A DNA stretch of 64,000 bases, from contig NC_052162.1 in the NCBI RefSeq assembly GCF_902713615.1, positions 71,435,686-71,499,685 on the forward strand. The letters run 5' to 3'. The translations under genes were made by a program, and so were the position numbers. Shown here piece by piece: positions 24,238 through 37,074 of the stretch. This DNA is from Scyliorhinus canicula. Lineage: Eukaryota. Within the stretch, counting starts at the first letter, position 1. Every line of letters starts with the position of its first letter. The notes beneath the pieces were generated by a model. That model made no database searches. It worked only from the letters and a program-made list of their open reading frames with translations, and was not told where the DNA came from.

Positions 24238-24515
24238 GGGTGGCATGGTAACACAGTGGTTAGCACTGTTGCTTCAAAGCTCCAGGGTCCCGGCTTGGGT
24301 CACTGTCTGTGTGGACTCTTCATGTTCTCCCCGTGTCTGTGTGGGTTTCCTACAGGCGCTCCTCCCACAAGTCCTGAAAGACATGCTGTTAGGTAATTTG
24401 GACATTCTGACTTCTCCCTCTGTGTACCCGAACAGGCGCCAGAATGTGCTGACTCGGGGCTTTTCACAGTATAATGTAAGCCAACTTGTGACAATAAAGA
24501 TTATTATAATTATTA
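24238..24515 (+). mobile_element. Chimeric SINE: HE1 head and core with a family-B-type 3' tail
   Basis: HE1 head and V-core, then GAACAGGCGCCAGAATGTG..GACT.GGGGCTTTTCACAGT..CTTGTGACAATAAAG and an ATT-repeat tail. Confidence 0.7.
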
Positions 24516-24924
24516 CTGCCCATCACAAGCAGAAAGTGTGTACTGTGGTGTATTCTGCATCCACCGGAGCCTGAAAACCTCAACTGTTGCCCTAAAACTA
24601 GTGTTGGCCCCTGATTTGTGCGTGTAAGCAGTCTCTCACCCCTTTCAAATTGGGGTATTGTGTGCTCACTTAATGACCTGCCTGAAAATTCTATCACACA
24701 ACTTGTGAATCTCCAATGGGCGTTCAAAGTGCCGCTCCTCATTTTTCAGACAAGAAATGCAAGCGGCACTGGTGCTTATTCAAGGTCCGGCAAATAAAAA
24801 TCATTTAAAACTACTGTCTGTCATGCCGGTGCAACGCTTCAGCTGGTTGTGCATAGAAATTGCAAGGTGGACCTATGTACATTGGCGGTACGGTGGCACG
24901 GTGGTTAACACTGCTGCCTCACCA

Positions 24925-25441
24925 GTCGATGCAGTGCTGGTCGGGGCCACTGAAAGAGGCCTCCGCGGTGATTTACCAAGTGCAGCTGGCCGAGTTCTTG
25001 ACGGCGTGGTTCTCTCATGGTTCCACCCGTCGGGAACTCGCGTGGCGGCTGCGGACTCTGTCCGTGGCCGCCCTGGTGGGGGGGCGGAGGGATCAATTAC
25101 GCGGGGACCTCCAGGACAGCTATTCTACTGATTGGGGGCCACTGATCCGCGGGCGTGCGCGACCTGGGGGGGGGGGGGGGGGGGGCCTATGTGTTCAGTG
25201 CAGATCCACAGTGCGGGCTGGCCATGTTACGCAGGCTGCCGCCGTGCGCATGAGCGGACCGCAAACCAGAAGTGCAGGGCCCTGTATCGGCAGCCAGAGC
25301 TGCGAGGACTACTCCGGGGCCCTGCTAGCTCGCTGCAAATCGGAGAATCGCCCTGGACTTTCTCCAGGTAAGTCCAGAGTGATTTGCCTGTGTTTGATCA
25401 AGGGCATGAGGACATATCCCCATTATTGGAGAATCGCGCCC
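24925..25441. mobile_element. Harbinger MITE fragment
   Basis: GC-rich, right TIR GGAGAATCGCGCCC at ~25428-25441. Confidence 0.7.
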
Positions 25442-26356
25442 CATGTATAATACCAATTTGCATGTTAAAAAGGTTTATCATCTGCAACAGATTCGTACTT
25501 CACTGCTTCCTCAGATCTCTTTGAGCATGATGGTGGGTGAAGTGCCAGTGTGAAAGTGGCAGCAGTAATGTTCTGACTGCTATTGCCCTGAATGCACTGG
25601 GTATCCCAACTTTAGTTCTACTTCATAGAGATTGCTTTTCACTTCCATAACCTTGATCTTGCTTTAAATTGTAATTCTCATTGGTAAGAGGTGCCTTCAT
25701 TTGCCAATTTAATTAACTGATTTAAGTAATGAATCTTATACGCCTTCATGTTTCAAGTTCCTAAAGACCTATGGCCTCTTCCGATCCGAGCATCTCAAGA
25801 TCTAAGCAATTTTATTTGCAAACGCTTCTAATCTCCCTCTTCAATAATCAATTTAATTTGTCCTGCAAATATATTTTCCGTTGCACTTAAAGGAGCATTT
25901 CATCATAATCATCAAGCTGACTTTCCTTGCAATTTGACAATAAGTAATTGGTAAAATAATGTTGCAGCGCTCCCACTGAGCACCAGCTTGATTTTAAAGC
26001 AAGGCCAGCTTTGTTTTTTAAAGACAAACCTCTTATTCCAAAAGGACCGTGCATCATTTTAGTCATAATATCAAACACAATGATGCTTCAATCATACAGT
26101 GCTATTTTAGTATGCCAATGCCACTGATGCTTTCCATATTCCTAAACAAGTGGAGAAAACCTGACACGATTGCACAGCAGGCATTGTCACTTTAACGGTG
26201 TGCAAATGAAATTGTTTTTGAATATTTCTGTCAACTTTTCTCTTTGATTGGAACAACAGAGGCAGGAATTTTTGATCCCATTATGCATCAGGACATCTTT
26301 ATCCTGCTATCACATTTAATCTGGTGGGAATGCTTCCGTGGTATTTGTCCCTTTAC

Positions 26357-27062
26357 AGGGGAGGCGGTTGGATAGTGGTATTATCATAGAATTTACCGTG
26401 CAGAAGGCGGCCATTTGGCCCATCAGGTCTGCACCGGCCCTTAGAAAGAGCACCCTACCTATGCCCGAACCTCAACCCTACTTGTACACCTTCACCCTAT
26501 CCCCGTAACCCCACCTAACCTTTTTTGGACACTATGGGCAATTTAGCATGGCCAATTGACCTAACCTGCACGCCTTTGGACTGTGGGAGGAAACCGGAGC
26601 ACCCGGAAGAAACCCACGCAGACATCGGGGAGAACATGCAGACTCCGCACAGGCAGTGACCCAAGTCGGGAATCGAACCTGGGACCCTGGAGCTGTGAAG
26701 CAATTGTGCTAATCACTATGCTACCATGCTGCCCTCCTATCACTGGACTAGTAATCTAGAGACCCAGGGTAATGCTCTGGGGACTCGGGTTCCAATACCA
26801 CCAGGGTAGATGGTGAAATTTGAATTTAATAAAAATCTGGAATTAAAAGTCTAATGATGACCATGCGACGATTGTCAATTGTTATAAAAACATCTGGTTC
26901 ACTCACACACATCCTTTTGGGAAGGAAATCGGTCATCCTTACCCGGTCTGGCCTACATGTGACTCCAGACCCACAGCAATGTAGTTGACTCTTAAGTAAG
27001 CTCAGGGATGGACAATTAATGCTGACCCAGCCAGTGACACCCACATCCCATGTAAGAATAAA
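26357..27062 (+). mobile_element. Family-C SINE with a nested HE1 SINE (26387-26737, minus)
   Basis: TSD TATCA (26382-26386, 26738-26742) flanks the HE1 copy. The family-C body continues to ..CCCACATCCCATGTAAGAATAAAAAAAA. Confidence 0.85.
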
Positions 27063-27089
27063 AAAAAGGGCAACACAGTAGAGTGTTGG

Positions 27090-29297
27090 GTGTTGTAGAA
27101 TCACCTCTCTGAGGCAAAGATGTTTTGGCAGCCCACTTCTTATTAACAAATACCTTTTGTGTTCATTAATGAAGTCTGTGAAACCTTGACACTGCCTTTG
27201 ACCCAACACCAGTGAGTATCCTGTTTTAATCGATTGCCTCTCTTTCTGCAAATAGACCCATTTGGCTCCTTCATGGATGACTAGGCACAGTAAAAAAATA
27301 GGGGAGGATGGGAAATGCAAAGAAATTCTCCTCAGCATTTGAGGAACTCAGACCTGTAACCTCATTCACAGCCTTGCAGCCCCAAGCACTGTCGACTCCA
27401 AATCATTTAGTGAGCTTGTGCATTCAGTGAAAGTTCAATTGTAACCTCAACCATCAGTCATACTTCACAGATTCAAATATTATTCGAGGGTGAGAGCCCC
27501 AGGTGAATTGATCACAACTTAAATTGCTGAATAAACTGAAGCTATTATTGGAGTACTGTGATTTTGGAACAACTCTAAATGACATGTTATGGGATAGGTT
27601 AGTCTGTGATATGAAAAATAATACTATTCAATGCAGATTGCTTGCGGATGTCAACGTAATTTTTAAACGGGAAATGGAGATAGCACTGGTCATGGAAAGT
27701 ACAGAAAACAGTGCACAGGAGCTGCAGAGCACACAAAATGGTGCTGATGACTAGTTTGGGCAAGAACCAGCAGCCAGCCTTGGTGCCGAAACCATCAAAG
27801 CAGCCACAAAGTGGGAAACAATAGTGGATTTTAAGGTATTTTTCCGCTATGGAAAAGATTTATGGATTAAAAATGATAATGAGAAAGTCAAATAAATGGG
27901 AAATAAGGGAATCAACAGGAAGGTCCCATACAAGGGCAAGACCGGTACATTATACCTTATGATAGAAAGTGGATCCTGAGTTAAACAGATTGGAAGAACT
28001 GGACATTATCTAGCCAGTTTGGTTCTGGGAATGGACAGGACCTATAGTCCTCCTGTTGAAACCAGGAAAGACAATTCACAGTTGCAGTGATTATAATTAA
28101 TTAATTAATTAATCCGGCTGCCAAGCTGGATAAATATCCAATCACAAGAATTGAAGACTTGTCAGCTGCCAGGAAGTCAATCTTACACAAAGCTGGATAT
28201 GGATCTAGCATACCAGCAGCTCAAATTAGATGATGCTTCCCATTGATGTGTCACAATAAGCACACACAAAGGCCTAATCCAGTACATGCACATGCCTTTT
28301 GTCGTGTCTTCAACATGTGCAATATTCCCAACGATAATAGAGAGTCTGCTACAAGGGCTACCATAGGTTGTAGCGTACCTTGACAATGTCCTTATAATTG
28401 GATCGACAGAGGTTGAGGTATTAGTGATTTCAAGAGGCTGGAGTTCGCTTGAGAAAGAGAAGTGCACCTTTCAAGCCACTGAGTTGACCTATGTGGGGCA
28501 TTGTATAGATGCACAACAATTACACCCCGTGGAAGTCAAAGTCAAAGCGACAAAGGAGGCACCTGTCCCCACAAACACAACTGAACCCAAATCCTTTTTG
28601 GGGATGGTTAGCTAATATGGACAATTTGTATCAAAATTCTCAATGGTTTTGAACCCCTTGCATATTCTGCTAAAAAACACAATTGTTGGTCTTGGAAGGC
28701 TCCCCAGGCGGAAGCTTTCAACAAAGTAAAACAATTGCTGCATTCCTCAAACCTGTTAGTACACGTCAACTTATCTAAGGAACTAATATTGCCCTACGAT
28801 GCTTCTCCATATGGTATAGGTGCAGTGTTGTCCTGTGAGATGGATGATGGCTCTGGAGGGGTGTTAGGGTACTTGTCAAGAACTCTCTCAGAGGTCGAAA
28901 AAGGCAACTCAGAAATCGAGAAGAAAAGCCTATCAATAGGCTTTTGCATCACAAAATTCCACAAGTACTTACATGGCAGACACTTTGCTATTGTTTTTGA
29001 ATAAAAACTGCTCTTGGGTTTCTTCAAAGAGGACAAGGCTCTCCTGCTGATCGCCTCAGCAAGAATTCAACGATGGCTGTTAGCACTGACCTAGAATACA
29101 CACAGCAAATGGGACTGCTCTTAGCTGCCTGCCCTCTGAACTGAGCTGCCTGCCTTTGCACAAAAGTATCACATGTACTCCAGTGGCACAAGGAATCATC
29201 ATGGCATTACATTTTTTAAATACATTGGCAGTCTCGGCTGCTGTTCAATTCTTATAAATAAATACCTTTTGTATTCATTAATGAAGTCTGTGAAAGT
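27090..29297 (+). mobile_element. Decayed, internally deleted Gypsy retrotransposon (gag-RT-RNase H) with LTR remnants
   Basis: CDFGTTLNDMLWDRLVC gag; DKYPITRIEDL and YTKLDM..AYQQL RT; DASPYGIGAVL..SRTLSEVEKGNSEIEK RNase H. Direct repeat AAATACCTTTTGT.TTCATTAATGAAGTCTGTGAAA at ~27148 and ~29260. Confidence 0.85.
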
Positions 29298-29764
29298 GCA
29301 TCTTTAAAGCTTCATTTTTGAATTGACATGTCACTTCTGTTAAATTGCCACATGTGCACCAATGTTAAGCATCAAAGTCTTCTCAAATACGTTACATGCT
29401 TGAAGTGATATATTGTGGTTGAATTCAAAGAACAAAGGTAAATTATGTTTTTATTTTTGTTTAAATTTGTTTGCTCACAATTAGCCAATTTTCCATTGTA
29501 GTACCATTACTCAAAATGCTGATCCTCTCATCATTTTCATCAGCATAAGTTAACGGTGTAGGCTGATGTGGATTGCGAGACTTCACCCTGCACTCCCGAC
29601 CTGGTTGGCTTCCTTGTGGTGATAGGCATCTCTTAGCCGTCCACAATCTTTGTGGAGTCTGACCATATTTACAATGTGTCATTTTTCTCGGCCCCTCAGA
29701 GGTGTTGTGAACCATAATCTGAATGCAAGAACCCTTTGAAAGCTAATTCAAAAGATGTTTTGCG

Positions 29765-29940
29765 ACAAAAGAGAAAATGCTGGAAAATCTCAGCATGTCT
29801 GGCAGCATCTGTAGGGAGAGAAAAGAGCTAATGTTTCAAGTCCGATGACTCTGTCAAAGCTTTGCTGCCAGACATGCTGAGATTTTACAGCATTTCCTCT
29901 TTCGTTTCAGATTCCAGCATCCGCAGTCATTTACTTTTAT
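29765..29940. mobile_element. Penelope-derived inverted-repeat element
   Basis: Arms AAATGCTGGAAAATCTCAGCATGTCTGGCAGCA and TGCTGCCAGACATGCTGAGATTTTACAGCATTT. Similar to the Penelope terminal repeat at ~45750. Confidence 0.75.
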
Positions 29941-30099
29941 CAAAAGATGTTATCCATGCCTCCTATACCAACTTATGTTTCTCCACGCACTCCCATTTTC
30001 CCCAACTCCTCCATGCCAACCTATGCCCCTCCACCCACTCCCAATGGTCACTCATACCCTCCTTGCCAGCATGTGTCATTTCAATGCTCATTTCATGGA

Positions 30100-30420
30100 T
30101 GGCACAGTGGCACAGAGGTTCGTATTTCTGTCTCATAGTGCCAGGGACCCAGGTTCAATTCCAACCTCGGGTGACTGTGTGGCATTTGCACATTTCCACG
30201 TGTCTGCATGGGTTTCTTTCGGATTGTCCGGTTTCCTCCCACAAGCCAAAAATGTGCAGATTTGGTGGATTAGCCATGCTAAATTGCCCCTCAGTGTCCA
30301 AAAGGTTAGGTGGGATTACAGGGACTGGGCGGGCGATTGGGCCTAGGTGTGGTGCTCTTTCAGAGGGTCGATGCAGACTCAATGAGTTGAATGGTCTCCT
30401 TCTGCACTGTAGGGATTCTA
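30100..30420 (+). mobile_element. HE1-type SINE inside an old palindromic MITE (~29950-31070)
   Basis: V-core and tail. The host element has inverted arms, e.g. GTCACTCATACCCTCC (~30047) and GGAGGGTATGAGTGAC (30791). Confidence 0.75.
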
Positions 30421-31179
30421 CTGTATTATTTCCATGCTATACACTATCTACAGAACAAATCTTATGTAAACTATATTTTGTAAAAGTAACTCATTTATAA
30501 CTTTCATACATAAAACTCCTTTTACGACATAAAAGAGTCAGTCAACCAGCCCTTTAATAGCAGAACTGAAAACACCTAACACCTCATTATCTTGTACAAA
30601 TAAACCTTGAACAATTGAGAAAATGATTTAAGAGAGAAAGTTATCAAGCAAGCAATGTTTATCCTTATGCACAACTGCTTCAACAGACTCGTGGCTATCT
30701 GAACTCTCGGCCCAAGCTTCATTGTGCATTCATTGTACATGGCCCCATGTATGGGCCATTGGGGGTTGGTGGAGGGCTGTATGTTGGTCTGGAGGGTATG
30801 AGTGACATTGGCAACATGTGAGGGGCATGAGGGACATGAGGTGGCATGGAGAGGGCATGGGAAGTATGTATGGGGATGAGTGGGTATGACAGGTGAGGCC
30901 TTGCCGGTCTTTTTGGTTTTATTTGCTTATATTATAACATGTACAAAGGCCCACAGCACTGAGCGCACCTTTTAAACAACACACCACAGCCTCTATGGCT
31001 ACCTCCAAACTATTTCCAGGGACACTGGGCTCCAGTTAGCATTTGCTCCCCAAGAACAAAATCCCTGCCTTTAAAGGCAATTTCTCTCGAAGCTGGCATG
31101 CCAAGATAAGAAATTTGCTGACTCCAGCTCCCTGCCATTTGGATGAGAATCCAGTCCATGATGTTTGTTAGATACAATC

Positions 31180-31655
31180 AGATAGAAACATAGCAAATAG
31201 GAGCAGGAGTAGGCCATTTGGCCCTTTGAGCCTTCTCCACCTCCCATGTTCATGGCTGATTCTTTATCTCAACCTTGTATTCCACCATTCTCCCCCTCCC
31301 CCCTTGACACCTTTAGAGTCTAGAAATCTACCATTTCCTTCTTAAGTATATTCAGTGATTTGGCCTCCTTGGCCTTTTGTGATAGAGTATTCCACAATTT
31401 CTCCTCATCACAGTTCCATACTCCTTACCCCGTAGCCCATGACTGTGACTCCTTGTTCTGGACCCCTTCCAGTCAGAGGAAACAACATCCCTGCATCCAG
31501 TCTGGCCAGCCCTGTCAGAATTGTTGTTTCAATTAGATCCCCTTTCATTCTTTCAAATTACAGTGAGTGCAGGTCCAGTCGACCAAATCTCTCCCCATAT
31601 GACAACACTGCCATCCCGAGAATCAGTCTGGTGAACCTGTGCTGCACTGTCAACT
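31180..31655 (-). mobile_element. CR1 LINE 3' fragment
   Basis: ATAGGAGCAGGAGTAGGCCATTTGGCCC reverse 3' end and CR1 ORF2 C-terminal remnants. Confidence 0.85.
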
Positions 31656-31989
31656 GAAAGCTATCAGTGAAAATTGTGTCTGCCATTCTACAATGGGCTC
31701 TTGTTTTATTATTCATTGTCTGCTGCTACCTCTTAGGGAAGAAAAAAAAATACATCGTGAATGGAGTGTCACTTCAACTTGCTTATCAATATGTGTTACC
31801 CCATATGCTTAATCTTTGATTCTGGACTGAAATTTCCCAGAAATCTTGCAGACTGTTTGTTCCTGTCATCATCTGATTGGAGCTAACCATGACCAGCAAA
31901 GTCCCTCGCTATCAATTGAAGTCAACCTGTGCAAATCTGTCTTACATAAATTAATACTGATTGCAGGCGTGTTATTCTGCAGTGAAAAA

Positions 31990-32425
31990 AAAATTGCATT
32001 TCTGTAGCACCTTTCACCATTTCATGCATTCCAAAATCAATGCCGCTAATCAAGCACTTTTTGGAAGTTGTCGTTGTGTGTAATGTAGGATGTTTGACAA
32101 CTAATATATACATAGCAAGCTCCCACTATGACATACATCACCAGATAGTCTCTTTTAGGTGTTGGATGAGGGGTAATGGTTGTTCAGGACACTGGAAAAA
32201 ATCTCTTCCTTGTCTTTAAAATAATGTCTTGGGATATTTCCGACCACACCAGAATGTGCTGGAGAGTCCTTGTTTCAATGTCGCATCCAAAAAAGAAAGC
32301 TCTGATAGTGCAGAAATCCCTCAGTACTTCACTGGAGTAGCAGTCTAGATTTTGCATTCAACTTTCTAAAGTGGAATTTGAATCCTGACTGTCTGACTCA
32401 CAGGTGAAATTGCTACCACTGAACT
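31990..32425 (-). mobile_element. DeuSINE (SacSINE-like) ancient SINE
   Basis: Reverse Deu-type body (..TGATAGTGCAG..ATCCCTCAGTACTTCACTGGAGT..) with a tRNA-like head at ~32370-32425. Sister copy at 49520-49835. Confidence 0.7.
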
Positions 32426-32874
32426 AAAACTGAGAGTTAGGATTGGATTTGCACCAAGTTGGGATGACTCAGGAGCCCTTTAAAAATGACAGGCGGGTCC
32501 CAATTCTGGGATTCCCAACCCTATTCCAGGGCCTTGCAAGTTTCAGGAGTGCCTTTGGATGGTGCAGGTTAGTTAATGTTATGAGCCTGACCGACATTTT
32601 GGACCCAGTTGACTCCATTGCGAGGATAGGCATCTCCTAATCCTCTGCAATTTTCATGTTGGGCTGTGTTTTTAAACAATCATAGTGCATGGCACCTGAG
32701 AGTTGTTGTGAACCATAGTCTGCAAGAGGTGAGTTCAAAATATCCTCCTCAAATAGCTCTCCCCACTCACCCCTTATTGCCCCTCATTCTCTCTATTCCA
32801 AGCTATGTCTCCCACCCTGACATATTGAGGTTTGGCTGAGAGCCCTGACATCCATTACTCGAATGAAACACCTG

Positions 32875-33348
32875 GGGCAGGATTCTCCAATCGCCGACGC
32901 CGAAATCGCTTTTGGCGATCGGCCAGAGAATCCCCCTTTACGCCGGAATGGGGGGCGATGCTGTTTTTGCGATGCTCCACCCCTGTAAAAATAGAGAACT
33001 CATGGAGCATGCCGCACACCATATGGACGGCCTCAGGACGTCACCTGGTGGGGGGTGGTCTGGGGGTGGCGAAGAGGGTTACAGGTGGGCAGTTTTTAAC
33101 AGGCTGGGCCCACGCATGGCAGGCACCATGTTACATAGCGAGACCGCTGCAGGCCACCACCGTGTTCATGCATGGCCACAGACCTGCCCGTTCTGTGGCC
33201 GTATCCGCAGGTAAAGTGAAGGGCTTTACACTGCGCAGCTGCTAGCCCCCCATAGGGCCGTGGATCGGTGTGGGGGCGGCCCCGACTTTCTGGTCGTAAG
33301 ACCAGACCGATCCTGCGGACAGAGCCACAGGATCGACGAATCCAGCCC
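32875..33348. mobile_element. Harbinger MITE
   Basis: TIRs GGGCAGGATTCTCC / GAATCCAGCCC, flanks CTG / CTC. Confidence 0.85.
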
Positions 33349-35197
33349 CTCAGCCTTGGGTAATACATTGCTCAGTTGACAGGTCTGGCTCACCGATCTC
33401 TGCTGTCAATTTTTTTTTACACAAGGTTAAGAGGTTTCAAGTGCCTGTAGTTTCTCTGATTGATACTTTAAAGGGTTTGGATGATTGACACTTTTATTGG
33501 GATGTGGTGAAATGACTTTTTAACATGATTGAACATAATGAATTAATTACTTTTTTAAAAAGCTTTTTCCACATCCGATTGTCACTATAGGGTTCATTGG
33601 TCCTACATGGAAGTTGCATAAGCCTTGTATTGAAAGATTGTTGGGGCATAACTTGACTTGGAGGGGATGTGGGGCCACAGGGAGTGGGTGGGGGAGCAGG
33701 CACATTCTCTGGGCTTTTTCTCAGCTCACACTACCCTCCTCAGTAATGAAAATCCAGGCCATAAATTCTGACACAAAACTCAAAGAATGGAGTAATATAT
33801 TATAAAATGACTTAAATGGCCAACTAACAGGCCTTTAAGTAACTGGAACAGCAAGTATTGGCTTTGATACAAATGCTATCACTTCACAATAAAATCTAAT
33901 CTGAATCTTCAATTACCAGGTCCCATTCCACCAGAAGCAATGCATCACTGATTGATATAAGCTGGTGTCTCCAGTCAGTAAGCGTTTAATCTTTATGTCC
34001 ACACTGAACAAATCTCCTAATTTTCATATTAAAATTATCCTTTCCACTTCAGCTGTAGAAAATAATCAGCTTCAGTGTTGCAATTTTATTTATTTATGAT
34101 TTTCATGCTTTTGTCTGTGTGCCGTCAGTTTTGAGGATTGATTCATAACTCAAATAATTTTTTTAAAAGGCAAATTCTTTGGATTAGAGTCTAAATTAAC
34201 ATATTTAATTTGAGTTGATTGTTCGGTACATCTTGACATGAAGCTTTGTTTTTATTCTCTGTCGGAAGCTGATAAAACTATCAGCTTCCGACATCTTGAA
34301 ATGGATGAAATGTATGCTTCATTTGAAGCAGATATGGAATGATGAGGGTGTTGGGCTATAAATGTACCAAAGCAGATTTTGAAGGTGATAATGGGAAACA
34401 AGAAAAGAAAATAAAGTGGGTAGGGATAACAAACTTAAAATGGATCACAAGCATACAAGAAAATATGTAACACATTTTAGTCCATTTGCCTGTGAGCTGG
34501 ACTCATTGGGAATAAAATGCTGCAGTTGGGTACATGTGTGGCAGAAGGAAAATTTGATAAAGATAGGAATTGTGGAGCCATGCATTACCTCAGAATATGA
34601 ATGAATTTAGTGACCGAGTTTCTGTTTTGGATGCAATCATCAATCTAGATGTAAATTGCTCTCAGCTTTTTATGTCTTCAAGTTTCTGTTCAAACGCAGC
34701 ACAAAATCGGCAGGATTTGAAAACATAATTTTAAAATCTATATTTTTGCTTTAAAATACACCTCGATATATTTAGGAGTGGTAACCAGTGGCAATTTTAT
34801 TGATACGGCTGAGAATGGGTTCAACACAAAAAATAAGCATTTCTAATCAGTTCTGTAAGGGCACTTCCCATTGATTCCCTTATTTTCCATTTTGTTTACT
34901 TTGTCATTATCGCAGTTGGTCCATGGATCTTTAATGGATATAAATCTTTAAGTTGAGCAGAGAAAGTGAGGAACTCAAATGTTTCATTGTGCTGTGAAGT
35001 TTTAGCTGATGAACAGAAGAACTCAGACTTTCTGGCACCTGAGAGATCAAAGGGATTTGGTTCGATTGGTTGGTTGTTGGCCAATGGATTGGCCAAGGTC
35101 CATTTTCTGCCTGGGGGACAGCAATTGGGTTCTGCCAGGTGGGGGTTTTCAGAGGATCCAGCAGATTAAGCTCCAGGGTGCTGAGCAGAGAGGTTAT

Positions 35198-35990
35198 GGG
35201 CACGATTTAATATCCGCGGCCAGCAGGAATTGGGATGGGACATGGCTAATAGATTCCGGGAGACACCCCTCTCGGGATTCCCGACAGTTGTTACACCTCA
35301 CGGGCTCTAACCTGATCTAACCCACAAGAGGCAGGTTCCAGACTTGCATAGTTAAGTAAGTTTTGAAACTAACTTAACTATGTTGACACCGAGCGAGCCA
35401 CGTGGCATCTACTGGCCTTGTCGCCGAGATCCCAGCCGAGCATCATTTAGCACTGGCCCTCACAAACGGGGACGAGGTGGAACAGCACTTTGAGGGGTCT
35501 CCCAGGTGTTGGAGGCCCCCAGGTGGTCAGCCTCTGGGGCATCCTGGCAGTGCCACCTGGATGTGACCCTGGAACATCCAGGGTGACCAGATGGCACTGC
35601 CAGAATGCCCAGATAGCACTGCCAGGCTGCTAGGTGCTTTTCTCAGCATGCCACGCTGGCAGTGCCCAGGTGCAGGCTGTATTTTGCCCAAGTCGGAGAT
35701 CAGGCCCGGGGGTGACCTGCCCGTGTAAGCTGGGGTGCGGGGGACCAAGTACCTGGGGCATGGGGGTGGGTTCTAGATGGTTGCACCTTGGGGGGGAGGG
35801 TCAAGAGATCGGGTGTCCATTTTCAATCTCTTCCTGCACTGAGGAGCTCCGCTCGTCAGAGTTCCCCAGTGCAAGAAATACAGCTAAGTGCAACCTTGGC
35901 ACGGAATTCCCAGCCGGGTGCCAAAATGGCAACAAAGTGCCGATAGATAGTACTATAAGCGCCGGGTACAATCCCACTAATCCAGCGTAA
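35198..35990. mobile_element. Harbinger-like MITE interrupting an LTR remnant (~34900-36536)
   Basis: Starts GGGCACGATTTAA, ends AATCCAGCG, related to 40480-41125. The flanking LTR-like sequence ends TGTTGTAACA at 36536. Confidence 0.6.
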
Positions 35991-37074
35991 AACAGACGCT
36001 GATATTTTAAAATTAAATTGTCCCTCTGTGTTGCCTCTCGCAAATATTTCCTGCCTGCTGTTTCTGAGTCTGCAGAGAAGTCGCGAGACCATAATGCATC
36101 TACTATGAAAATCATTACAGATTGAAAGCAAAGCCATCCAACTGGAGGCCTGGACTGAAGAAAAATCAAACTGGAAGACAGCCATCTGAAACAGAGACTT
36201 TTATCCTTTTATTATTAGTTTTATTTTTTACACCCATTTTACTCCTCTGTGTTTGTCTGCCCTGAATGTGTCCAGAGTGTGGGATGAGCCAAAGAGGGAG
36301 GCGTTATAAATTAGATAATGGTTAACCAGTTGTATTTGCTGCCTATTTAATTATACTTATTGTTATTAATAAAACTTTATTGTGTTTAAAATTACAAGCG
36401 TGTTGAGTGGTTATTGGGCAGCCAAAAACCAAAGATGTTGGATATTTTTGAAATGAAGGATTCATTTAAATTGCATTGCGACTCCAAGTCAAATGGGGTT
36501 GGAATTGACCACACGCTAGCACAAGGTGTTGTAACAGTGTCTCGGCTGCTACCTGTGTCTGCATTAAATTATTGAAAATGATTTCAAGGAAAAAACAAAT
36601 TGTTTTCAGGAGTCAATCAAAAAAATGAAAGCTTGAGATATGCCTATTATTGTCCTTGTAACTTTAAAGTGGCTTAATTTGTGGAGCCTTTTCAAAGGAC
36701 CCCAGTCAGGGAGAATTATCTAATTTTTATCTAAGATGGGACCAGTTGCGTGGGCTGGCTGGCTTCCAACGAAACATTTGATATAAACCAGCACCACACC
36801 AAGTGGACGTGCTTTGTGGTTATGACACCGAACAATAATCCAGAGGCCTGCTTGAATGCAACTATGATGTGAGTGCAATTACTTCCGCAGAAACTGAGAA
36901 ATTTAAATTAATTAAAGTAAATTATCCTGGAATATAACAAATAGAATCAGTAACAATGTCTGTGTGACCATTGGATTGTTGCAAAAACCCATGCCCCTTC
37001 AAGAAGGAAATCTACTGGACTTAACTAGTCTATAACTCTAGATCCTAACAATGTAGTTTAAAAAAATACATTAG

